From positions 1 to 24,413 of the forward strand of contig CAZUFC010000118.1 in NCBI GenBank assembly GCA_964619725.1: a stretch of DNA of 24,413 nucleotides, given 5' to 3'. Made by a program: the position numbers and the translations under genes. Under the pieces are notes generated by a model, which was given only the letters and a program-made list of their open reading frames with translations, had not been told where the DNA came from and did no database searches. How positions within the stretch are numbered: the stretch's first letter is position 1; every line of letters begins with the position of its first letter. The DNA is from an uncultured bacterium (GTDB lineage Bacteria > CSSED10-310 > CAZUFC01). Shown here piece after piece: positions 1-7,776 of this stretch.

Positions 1-1
1 A

Positions 2-127
2 ATCCGAAGACTGACGCAGTATTGGGAAAAATTCGCCGTTTATGGACAAAAACTGACTAAAAAAATAACGGGTGATTATCCTGAATTTGATTTTTCCGTG
101 ACGGAAAGGCGACGAACGCGAAACTAA
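2..127 (+). CDS. Possible 3' end of an upstream gene truncated by the window edge (IRRLTQYWEKFAVYGQKLTKKITGDYPEFDFSVTERRRTRN*)
   Basis: Frame 2 is open from the window start to TAA at 125-127. No family recognisable from 41 residues. Confidence 0.3.
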   Translation: MRRLTQYWEKFAVYGQKLTKKITGDYPEFDFSVTERRRTRN

Positions 128-184
128 GAAATTCATGGGACGACATTGGTTTGACAAGTCACGCAAAAAGCGCTGCATATGGTT

Positions 185-385
185 CGAAAAAATGGAACTT
201 TTGAGAGTATGGCATGTTTGAAATAATGACGGCGGGCGGAAGACGAAACGGCCCGTCGAGAAACGAGAACGGATAAACAGGAAGATTTTCAAGTTTAGTC
301 CCCCTTCTTCCCTGTACCTCCCAAATACCGTGACTCGATACAAATTCCCCCGACTGGGAAAACCCCGGTTCGGGGGAATCTTTTT
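185..385 (+). ncRNA. Candidate small regulatory RNA; 5' boundary approximate
   Basis: No convincing ORF. TTGACA at 151-156 upstream (the -10 is poor), hairpin 230-237/251-258, CU-rich tract 299-322 containing ACCTCC, ending in a strong terminator. Confidence 0.35.
344..385 (+). terminator. Rho-independent terminator
   Basis: ATTCCCCCGA (344-353) pairs perfectly with TCGGGGGAAT (370-379). The inner stem CTGGG/CCCGG closes an AAAAC loop. TTTTT follows at 381-385. Confidence 0.75.
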
Positions 386-398
386 ATGTCTGAAGGCG

Positions 399-487
399 GT
401 TTGCGGAGGGCTCTGACCCCCATTTTTGACCCCCGTTTGCGGATGGCTCTGACCCCCATTTTCCCCGACCCCATTCGCCGACCCCAT
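399..487 (+). repeat. Direct repeat pair (28 bp, 1 mismatch) plus decaying GACCCC units
   Basis: GTTTGCGGAGGGCTCTGACCCCCATTTT (399-426) versus GTTTGCGGATGGCTCTGACCCCCATTTT (435-462). GACCCC occurs at 415, 428, 451, 467 and 480. Confidence 0.8.
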
Positions 488-638
488 GGAGAACTCGATC
501 AAAGTTGAAAGGCCGTTTTATGTAAAGTCCTTATAATTCGTGAGGCAATGAGTGATAGAAGAGAGGCCGGCAGGGACAATTTTAGACAATAAGCATTTGA
601 ATTTAATTACTTTTCAGGATACAGCAAGATTCCGGCAT

Positions 639-666
639 TTGACAAACCGGGAGAAAAACTTATACT
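639..666 (+). promoter_or_regulatory. sigma70-type promoter for the 749 gene
   Basis: TTGACA (639-644), 16-bp spacer, TATACT (661-666). Shine-Dalgarno (SD) AAAGGAG at 736-742 precedes ATG 749. Confidence 0.65.
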
Positions 667-748
667 GAAATTGGGGGTTAATTCAAAAAATAACTGCGGT
701 GGGTTTGCCGAGAAAAGCAGCATCGTGGCGAAATGAAAGGAGAGACTA

Positions 749-1771
749 ATGTCTCGGTTGCTGATTGTATGTTTATTATTGACGAGTCTCACCGGCGTAG
801 TATTTTCCAACCAGACGCATGACGAGAACCTGACGAAGCAGCAAAACAACAAATTTGAAAAAGACGAGGGGGAAATGGAGATTGACTGTGATGACGCGGT
901 TCAGCTTCATGATGGAGTAGCCTATGAGGGAACGACGACGGGGGCGCCATCGGAAGTTGATTATTATTCCTGTTCAGACTGGCTGGAATCAGGCCCGGAA
1001 GTGGTTCACGTGATGGAGATGGCGGACAAAGACAATATTAAAGGAGTGCTGGAGTGTGAATCGGGGATTGATCTTGATTTGTTTCTGTTGTCGTCATGTT
1101 CTGCCTGGGAGTGTATAGAGTATGGTCAGAGCACGGACGTAATACGGGCGTATGATCTGGATTCGGGGACTTATTATGTTGTAGTGGACGGATACTGGGG
1201 AGATGAGGGGGAATATTCCTTGACCCTGTTCAGAACGCCCGAAATACCAGACAGCACGCCTACGTCGACCCCAACCGGAAGCCCAATAGCGACCCTCACT
1301 CCGACTCCGACCCTCACTCCTACTGAAACTCCCTACCCGACCAGCACGAGTGATCCGACAGCCCTTCCGAGTTTTACGCCCGCTCCGTCTCCAACCATAG
1401 AAACGGGGCCTGTGGGAGCGTTTATCAAGTTGAATTCCGCGATATTCAGGCCGGGAGATATGTTCGATCTTCGTTTAATCGTGCATAATCCCGAACCGGA
1501 ATTTACCGCATTTATTTTTCTGATTTTGGACGTTCACGGGAGTTATTTTTTCTGGCCGGGCTGGAAAAACATGGATCAAGGCATAGATTATTCCATTGAG
1601 CATTTGGAGTCTGGCCACAGGGAAGAAAGACAGATCATGCGTTTTTTCTGGCCTTCGATTGAAGGGGCGGATTACGGATTGCTTTTTATGAGTGCGCTGT
1701 TTGACCCGGATAAAGGAGAGATGAGGGGCGTCATCGATTATTCGGGCTGGGGGTATGAAGGGTTGAATTAA
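749..1771 (+). CDS. Secreted protein: signal peptide, Cys-containing PPC-like (pre-peptidase C-terminal) beta domain, Pro/Thr linker, unrecognised ~120-aa C-terminal domain
   Basis: Hydrophobic N-terminus MSRLLIVCLLLTSLTGVVFS. PPC-like motifs DLDLFLL and LDSGTYYVVVDGYWGDEGEYSL. TPTPT linker at about 1235-1405. Good SD and promoter. Confidence 0.8.
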   Translation: MSRLLIVCLLLTSLTGVVFSNQTHDENLTKQQNNKFEKDEGEMEIDCDDAVQLHDGVAYEGTTTGAPSEVDYYSCSDWLESGPEVVHVMEMADKDNIKGVLECESGIDLDLFLLSSCSAWECIEYGQSTDVIRAYDLDSGTYYVVVDGYWGDEGEYSLTLFRTPEIPDSTPTSTPTGSPIATLTPTPTLTPTETPYPTSTSDPTALPSFTPAPSPTIETGPVGAFIKLNSAIFRPGDMFDLRLIVHNPEPEFTAFIFLILDVHGSYFFWPGWKNMDQGIDYSIEHLESGHREERQIMRFFWPSIEGADYGLLFMSALFDPDKGEMRGVIDYSGWGYEGLN

Positions 1772-1896
1772 AACTGTAGTTCCGAAAGCAAGGCCAGTTT
1801 TTATTTTCCGTCGATTAATCCGTATCTGATTTTTTATTGTTAGGGGGCGAAGAGTTTCAGAAAACAAGAATAAAAATGAAAAAAACGTATAAGCTA

Positions 1897-1925
1897 TTGA
1901 CACGGCAATATACCCGCAATATTCT
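1897..1925 (+). promoter_or_regulatory. sigma70-type promoter for the 1997/3351 gene pair
   Basis: TTGACA (1897-1902), 17-bp spacer, TATTCT (1920-1925), A-rich UP-like tract upstream. SD GAGGA at 1984-1988. Confidence 0.55.
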
Positions 1926-1996
1926 TGTTGTTGTTTTAAGCGCCTTTCTGATGGCGTAAAGGCGGTAATCTTTTAGCTTTCACGAGGATTGCGTTA

Positions 1997-3319
1997 ATGG
2001 AAGCTGACCACAATCGTTCTGATAAACCTTTGGGACATTATTTGATTATTATCGGCGTCCTATTGATCGTTGCGGCGGGCGTATTTCATGTTTTTACCTC
2101 CGGGGACGGGCGGGAGCAGCAGGAGTCAGATACGTCTAAATTTGAGACGGCGCAGAGAATACCAGCAAAAGCGAATGAAAAAGCGACTGTTTCGCAAAAA
2201 GAGAAGAATCCCGAACCGACGCCGGCAAAAAAGAGGTTTCAGGAATCGCCGTTCCCGGAGAATCCGGGCGCTGATCACGCTGAGAAAAAAGAAGATGCTG
2301 TAAAGAAGGACGAATTGTTAGGCGAAGCTCGGTCCAAACTAAGGGCGGTGAATCTTTCCGAAGCGGCCGATTTACTATCGCAAATTCTTGAAAGTTATCC
2401 GGATGATTCGCAAGCCAGAGTTTTGAAGACTGAGTTGCAGGCTGAGAGGGAGCGAATTGAAGAGGAGAAGCTGATACAGACCAGGATAAGGGATTTAAAG
2501 AATACAATCGCAAGATTTTTAAATGAGAGAGATATCGCGGGCGCGGATGAAGCCTTAAGAGAACTATCCCGGCTGGCCCCTGACGATCCGGATATTGAAA
2601 CGCGGCGGGAAGAGCTCAGTGAGTTGCAGAGCAAAAAGCGTGAAAGGGAGAGAAGATTGCGTTCATTGGCATCTGATTTCGAGGAAAAAATGAATAAAGG
2701 TTTGTTTGAAGAGGCAGAATCCGTGATCAGCGAGATATTGAATTTAAATCCGAACGATGAGCATGCTCGTAAGGCTCTTTCAGAAGTTTCCCTAAAAAAG
2801 GAGCAATTTGAGAATCATATGGAGGAAGCCCGGGACAAGATGGAAGCGGAGCAGTACGAGGCGGCTCGTGAGTCAGTAGAGTCGGCGAAAATGATATCGC
2901 CGGAATCAGCGGAAGCGTCAGAGCTGTCAGGAATGATTAAGGAGGCGGAGGAAGAGATGCGACAGCGGGAAAGAGCGGCCCGTGCGAAACCGCCGGAAAT
3001 TTTAAGAGTGGACCATTCCAGGGCGCGCGTGGGCGATCCCCTGACGATATATACGGAAGTTCAGTCTAACGAGGAAGTTGAAGTGACGTTGCATTACAGG
3101 CGGTCCGGCGAGGATCGTTTTGAGAGTTTGAGGATGAGGATATCGGAGGGATTGCATATTGCGGAGTTAGACGAGAGCGAGGTTTCGAAGAGGGGACTGG
3201 AAATATACGTTACGGCGCAAAACGCATCAGGCAAAGAGGCCAGGTATCCGAGTCAGAATGAAGTAATGGAAGTGGACGTGGAAAAACGCAGACGAAGGCC
3301 CAAGATAAAAGGATTCTAA
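1997..3319 (+). CDS. Membrane-anchored TPR-like/coiled-coil protein with a C-terminal beta-rich (Ig-like) domain
   Basis: Single N-terminal transmembrane segment YLIIIGVLLIVAAGVFHVF. Four helical repeats ending YPDDSQA, APDDPDI, NPNDEHA and SPESAEA. C-terminal segment PPEIL..VTLHYRR..GLEIYVTA. Confidence 0.8.
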   Translation: MEADHNRSDKPLGHYLIIIGVLLIVAAGVFHVFTSGDGREQQESDTSKFETAQRIPAKANEKATVSQKEKNPEPTPAKKRFQESPFPENPGADHAEKKEDAVKKDELLGEARSKLRAVNLSEAADLLSQILESYPDDSQARVLKTELQAERERIEEEKLIQTRIRDLKNTIARFLNERDIAGADEALRELSRLAPDDPDIETRREELSELQSKKRERERRLRSLASDFEEKMNKGLFEEAESVISEILNLNPNDEHARKALSEVSLKKEQFENHMEEARDKMEAEQYEAARESVESAKMISPESAEASELSGMIKEAEEEMRQRERAARAKPPEILRVDHSRARVGDPLTIYTEVQSNEEVEVTLHYRRSGEDRFESLRMRISEGLHIAELDESEVSKRGLEIYVTAQNASGKEARYPSQNEVMEVDVEKRRRRPKIKGF

Positions 3320-3350
3320 TTTCATTATTAGCAAGAAGGGGAAGTTACAG

Positions 3351-4079
3351 ATGAAAAAGAGGTTCGTTTTTATTTTATTGATCGCAATATTCTTAATGGA
3401 CCTCCGCATAACGGCGGTCGAGAGTGCGGCATCAGATTTTGTTGAGGAGTTGGGAGTAACTGCAGGGATAACGACCTGGATGGCCACGTGGAAACAGGAT
3501 TATTTCGATACGGGAATGTCTCCGGCCTTCGGTCCTAAAATAGGCATCGCTTACAGGCGTTTCGGATTCGGGTTGCTTTATCTGCAGGGCTCATTCGATC
3601 TCGACCTCGAAGGAGGCGGCTCAGGTACCGGCGAAAGAAGGGATTTCGACCTTGTAATGCAATACAGCCTGTTGGATTATCTGGCTCTCGGCGTCGGATA
3701 TAAAATACTTTCCTATGAGCTGGACCCGGAGGATTATAAAGTCGAACAGACGTTAGACGGTCTGGGACTCAGCGTCATAGGAATATATCCTTTCGGCGAC
3801 ACCGGATTCTATTCTTACGGAACAGTGTCGTATCTACCCTCTTTATCCGTTGACTCCGAAGTAAAAATCGACAGTCAGAAGGAGACGGACAGCGGGGATG
3901 CTAAAGGGATGAATTTTGAAATAGGAGGCGGTTACTCTTTTCTGGAAATACCTTTGAGCATCGATTTGGGCTATCGCTATCAGAATATGGATAAAGATAT
4001 TACAAACGACCGCGATACGTCCGACCGTTTCCAGGGAATCGTACTGGAATTATCCCTCATTCTTGACGAGCTTTTCTGA
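3351..4079 (+). CDS. Outer-membrane beta-barrel protein
   Basis: Signal peptide MKKRFVFILLIAIFL. Alternating amphipathic strands (KIGIAY, LALGVGYK, FEIGGGYSF, IDLGYRYQ). C-terminal Phe. Confidence 0.75.
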   Translation: MKKRFVFILLIAIFLMDLRITAVESAASDFVEELGVTAGITTWMATWKQDYFDTGMSPAFGPKIGIAYRRFGFGLLYLQGSFDLDLEGGGSGTGERRDFDLVMQYSLLDYLALGVGYKILSYELDPEDYKVEQTLDGLGLSVIGIYPFGDTGFYSYGTVSYLPSLSVDSEVKIDSQKETDSGDAKGMNFEIGGGYSFLEIPLSIDLGYRYQNMDKDITNDRDTSDRFQGIVLELSLILDELF

Positions 4080-4207
4080 CAACCTTTTTAACAAAGTATT
4101 AAAGCTTACCGGGGAAGGCAGTATCGTTCCGTCAAGGCAGACTATTATTGCTTTTACGTTTTTAATATTTTCGAAATAGGAAAGGGTTTTTACTTTTTGA
4201 CGATGAA

Positions 4208-4260
4208 CGTCGTTATCAGGCGATCCAAGGAACCCCTGATAATCCATTATGGCGATGACG
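4208..4260. repeat. REP-like palindrome, possibly a terminator, between convergent genes
   Basis: TTATCAGG (4213-4220) and CCTGATAA (4235-4242) form a perfect inverted repeat around an inner TCC-AA-GGA. CGTCGTT (4208-4214) can alternatively pair with GATGACG (4254-4260). Confidence 0.5.
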
Positions 4261-4320
4261 CGTCTTTTGGGGATGATTTTGGTTTCAGAGATTCGCAGCA
4301 TTGAACAGCCCACACTGCGT

Positions 4321-5127
4321 TCAGGAGATAGGCAGAATGTTTTTCATTAAAGGCGCCTCAATGGGTTTACAGGGATGCTTTGGACGAGCTATCTGGAATT
4401 CGATGCGGCGTGATTCCTTTTCCAGGACGGACTCGAAAATACGCCGAACGATATCAGGATGATTATTGGTTTCACTCAGATGCGTTCCGATTATGCCGAT
4501 CGTATTTTCGGACAATAAATCTCTTAACAGCCCGCCGGCATCGTCGTTGGACAGGTGACCATGCCTGGAAAGAATCCTCTGTTTAGTCGACCAGGGATAA
4601 GGACCGCTTTTGAGCATTCGGACGTCGTAGTTCGATTCAAGAACAAGAATGCAGCAGTCTGACAGTTTTTGGCGCACCAGTTGAGTCACATAGCCCAGAT
4701 CAGTAGCGATGCCTATTTTGTTTTCTCCCCGTTGTACGACGAAGCCTACGGGATCGGCTGCATCGTGTGGAATGGAAAAAGGATGAAATCTCAATGATCC
4801 TAAATGGAAATCCCTGCCCGTTTCAAATTCGTTGATGAGATGAGCCGGAATGACTCCGATTTTTTTAGCCGCAGACACTAACGTCCCTTCATTCAGATAA
4901 AGCGGCGTTTCGTAACGCCGAACGAAAGGGCCTACTCCCCGTATATGATCCGTGTGTTCATGCGTAAGAATCAGAGCTGAGATATCTTCAGCCCTGACTC
5001 CTGTCTCATCCAGCAACCGGGTGATTTGCCTGGCCGACATCCCTGCATCGATAAGGTAGTGATCGTCGCCTTCAGAAACCAGTACCGCATTACCCGTACT
5101 GCTGCCGCATAAACTGCAAACTTTCAT
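4321..5127 (-). CDS. Metallo-beta-lactamase-fold hydrolase, YycJ/WalJ family
   Basis: SGSSTGN-like start (CGSSTGN), LIDAG, THEHTDH (HxHxDH), PHDAADP, ATDLG, ESNYD, GPYPW, GHLSN, HLSETNN. Confidence 0.9.
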   Translation of the reverse strand: MKVCSLCGSSTGNAVLVSEGDDHYLIDAGMSARQITRLLDETGVRAEDISALILTHEHTDHIRGVGPFVRRYETPLYLNEGTLVSAAKKIGVIPAHLINEFETGRDFHLGSLRFHPFSIPHDAADPVGFVVQRGENKIGIATDLGYVTQLVRQKLSDCCILVLESNYDVRMLKSGPYPWSTKQRILSRHGHLSNDDAGGLLRDLLSENTIGIIGTHLSETNNHPDIVRRIFESVLEKESRRIEFQIARPKHPCKPIEAPLMKNILPIS

Positions 5128-5182
5128 CTTCAGAACAGTTACAAAGATTTATCAAAATTAATCAGAAGCTGAATTACCCGTA

Positions 5183-7477
5183 TCAGCTTCTGTTTCTTCC
5201 ATCGTCTCTATCCGAATCTCTTCTGTCGCTGCGACGTGACTTTGACCGATCATCTCTTCTGTCTCTGGATTTGTACCTGTCGCTTCCCCTGGAATCTCTA
5301 CCGCCGCTGCGCCTGTCACGCGAACCCCGATAATTTCTTCTGTCGCCTCTGCCGCCGGATGACCTTCTTCCGGAATCCGATGTCGCTGTTACCCCTTTTC
5401 CGATCAATTTAACTTTGCCCTGATGGTCTATTCCGAGAACTTTAACTTCCACTTCGTCTCCGATTTTCATTTCATCACGAATGTCCTTCACGTGACGGTC
5501 TGAAACATTCGATATATGGAGCAAACCATCGGTGCCAGGCAATATCTCGATAAAAGCGCCGTAATTTTCCAGTCGTTTAACGATCCCTTTGTATTCCTTT
5601 CCTATTTCGGGAACTTCAGTCAATTTGTTTACTATTTCCGCCGCTTTTTCACCAGCTTCTTTATTCACTGAAGCAATGATGACCGTACCGTCGTCTTCAA
5701 TATCTATTTTGACGCCGGTGTCCGCGATTATTTTTCGTATCATTTTGCCCTGAGGGCCGATGACTGCAGCGATCTTTTCCGGATCGATTTTCATTGAAAT
5801 AATGCGCGGCGCATGCGGCGAAAGATCGGCGCGAGGCGACGGAATGACGGAATCCATACTGTCCAGGATATGCAAACGTCCTTTTTTCGCCTGTTCCAAA
5901 GCCTCCCTCAATATGTCGCTGCTGAGACCTTTGACCTTGATGTCCATCTGAACGGCTGTAATTCCCTGTCGCGTTCCTGCGACTTTGAAATCCATATCGC
6001 CGTAATGGTCTTCCATGCCGGTTATATCGGATAAAATCGCATATTGACTGCCCTCAATCACTAAGCCCATCGCTATTCCTGAAACGGCTGCGCTGACGGG
6101 TACGCCGGCGTCCATGAGCGCCATGGAGGCGCCGCACACTGAAGCCATGGATGAAGAACCGTTTGATTCCAGGATATCGGAAACGACGCGTAACGTATAA
6201 GGAAATTTTTCTTCGTCCGGTATGATGGGATGAATGGACCTTTCCGCAAGAGCGCCGTGACCTATTTCTCTTCGGGCGGGTCCTCTCAAGAATCTGGCTT
6301 CTCCGACCGAAAAGGGCAGAAAATTGTAATGCAACATAAATGTCTTATAGGATTCGCCCATCAGATTGTCGACGATCTGTTCGTCCGATTTGGTTCCCAA
6401 AGTCGTAATGACCATGGCCTGCGTTTCGCCTCGCCTGAACATGGCTGATCCGTGCGTCATGGGGAAAACGCCCGCCTGGCAGTCAATGTTTCTTATGCCG
6501 TCAAAATTTCTTCCGTCCGGTCGCTGATTTTCATTAATAATGATGTCCCGGGCGAATTGCCTCACGTAATCATGAAAATGTCTCTTGAAAATCGCCTGCG
6601 GAATATCCTCTTCCAGAACGAAGCAAGCCGACAATTTTTCTTCGAGTTTATCCAATGCGATTTTACTATCATGTTTGGACGGCAGTTTTATGGCAGCCTT
6701 GAATTCCTCTTTCGCATCATGAAAAATTTGCTCTAAATTTCTGTTTTCATTTTCTGCGGTTTCCAGTTCTGTGGAGAGCGGTTCGATTTGTCTTTTCGGT
6801 TTTCCCGCTTCCTTCTGCAATTCAATCTGCAGTTCATTCAGCGTTTTTATATGCTCGTGAGCAAATTCCAAAGCATCAACCAGCATGGATTCGTCAATTT
6901 CCTCTCCTTCGCCTTCGACCATAACGATCGCATCCATTGATCCGCAAACGACTATGTTCAAATCGCTTTCTTCCAGTTGTCGTATGGAGGGATTGATGAT
7001 GAATTCGCCGTTCTGTTTTCCTACTCTGACTGCGCTTACGGGACCGTCGAATGGTATGTCGGAAACGAGGAGAGCCGCCGACGCGCCCGTAATGGCGAGG
7101 ATGTCTGGATCGTTTTCCTGATCAGCGGAAAACACCATGCCTATAACTTGAGTCTCAAAGTTATATCCTTCCGGAAACAACGGGCGTATAGGCCGGTCTA
7201 TCATCCTGGCCGTCAACGTTTCCCTGTCTCCGGGCCGTCCCTCTCTTTTGAAGAAACCGCCGGGAATTTTTCCTGCCGCATATGCTTTTTCTCTGTAATC
7301 CACTGTCAAAGGCAAGAAATCCTTGAGCGGATCGGACTCTTTTGAGGATACTGCGGTGGCTAACACAACAGTTCCTCCGTAACTGATGAAGACTGCTCCG
7401 TCTGCCTGTCTCGCTGCATGTCCTGTCTGAATTTTGAGCGTGCGGCCTCCTATTTCTACTTGTTTTTCTTTTATCAT
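5183..7477 (-). CDS. pnp: Polyribonucleotide nucleotidyltransferase (PNPase)
   Basis: PLTVDYREKAYAAGKIPGGFFKREG, RREIGHGALAER, ESNGSSSMAS, GDMDFKVAGT, plus KH and S1 domains. Confidence 0.99.
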   Translation of the reverse strand: MIKEKQVEIGGRTLKIQTGHAARQADGAVFISYGGTVVLATAVSSKESDPLKDFLPLTVDYREKAYAAGKIPGGFFKREGRPGDRETLTARMIDRPIRPLFPEGYNFETQVIGMVFSADQENDPDILAITGASAALLVSDIPFDGPVSAVRVGKQNGEFIINPSIRQLEESDLNIVVCGSMDAIVMVEGEGEEIDESMLVDALEFAHEHIKTLNELQIELQKEAGKPKRQIEPLSTELETAENENRNLEQIFHDAKEEFKAAIKLPSKHDSKIALDKLEEKLSACFVLEEDIPQAIFKRHFHDYVRQFARDIIINENQRPDGRNFDGIRNIDCQAGVFPMTHGSAMFRRGETQAMVITTLGTKSDEQIVDNLMGESYKTFMLHYNFLPFSVGEARFLRGPARREIGHGALAERSIHPIIPDEEKFPYTLRVVSDILESNGSSSMASVCGASMALMDAGVPVSAAVSGIAMGLVIEGSQYAILSDITGMEDHYGDMDFKVAGTRQGITAVQMDIKVKGLSSDILREALEQAKKGRLHILDSMDSVIPSPRADLSPHAPRIISMKIDPEKIAAVIGPQGKMIRKIIADTGVKIDIEDDGTVIIASVNKEAGEKAAEIVNKLTEVPEIGKEYKGIVKRLENYGAFIEILPGTDGLLHISNVSDRHVKDIRDEMKIGDEVEVKVLGIDHQGKVKLIGKGVTATSDSGRRSSGGRGDRRNYRGSRDRRSGGRDSRGSDRYKSRDRRDDRSKSRRSDRRDSDRDDGRNRS

Positions 7478-7500
7478 AAATTATTCACCTTACTAGAATG

Positions 7501-7770
7501 TTATTTTCTGATGCCCAGCTCTTTGATGATCTTTCTGTATCTTTCGATGTCTTTTTGTCGCAGATAGTCAAGCAGTCTTTTTCTTCTCCCGACTAACTTT
7601 AATAGTCCGCGACGAGAATGATGATCTTTTTTATGGGCTTTGAAATGTTCCGTTAAATACTTGAGTCTTTCGCTGATAAGAGCTATTTGCACTTCAGGGG
7701 AACCCGTATCAGTTTCGTGCGTTTTGAACTTATCGATAACGTCTCGTTTTTCCTCCTTCTTCACTACCAT
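7501..7770 (-). CDS. rpsO: 30S ribosomal protein S15 (start moved to ATG 7770)
   Basis: [10 protein letters not shown] and [24 protein letters not shown] (7782-7777) abuts ATG 7776 but lies 6 nt from ATG 7770, which gives the usual 89 aa. Confidence 0.98.
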   Translation of the reverse strand: MVVKKEEKRDVIDKFKTHETDTGSPEVQIALISERLKYLTEHFKAHKKDHHSRRGLLKLVGRRKRLLDYLRQKDIERYRKIIKELGIRK

Positions 7771-7776
7771 TTTCAT

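Noticed and set aside
399-487. CRISPR array
   Set aside because: Only two full repeats separated by 8 bp, no unique 30-40-bp spacers and no cas genes in the window.
607-852. 81-aa minus-strand ORF, and similarly 1475-1903 and 21448-21678
   Set aside because: They overlap promoters and starts or ends of well-supported opposite-strand genes.
4050-4313. 87-aa minus-strand ORF following yycJ
   Set aside because: Runs through the palindrome and overlaps the barrel gene end; no SD or recognisable motif.
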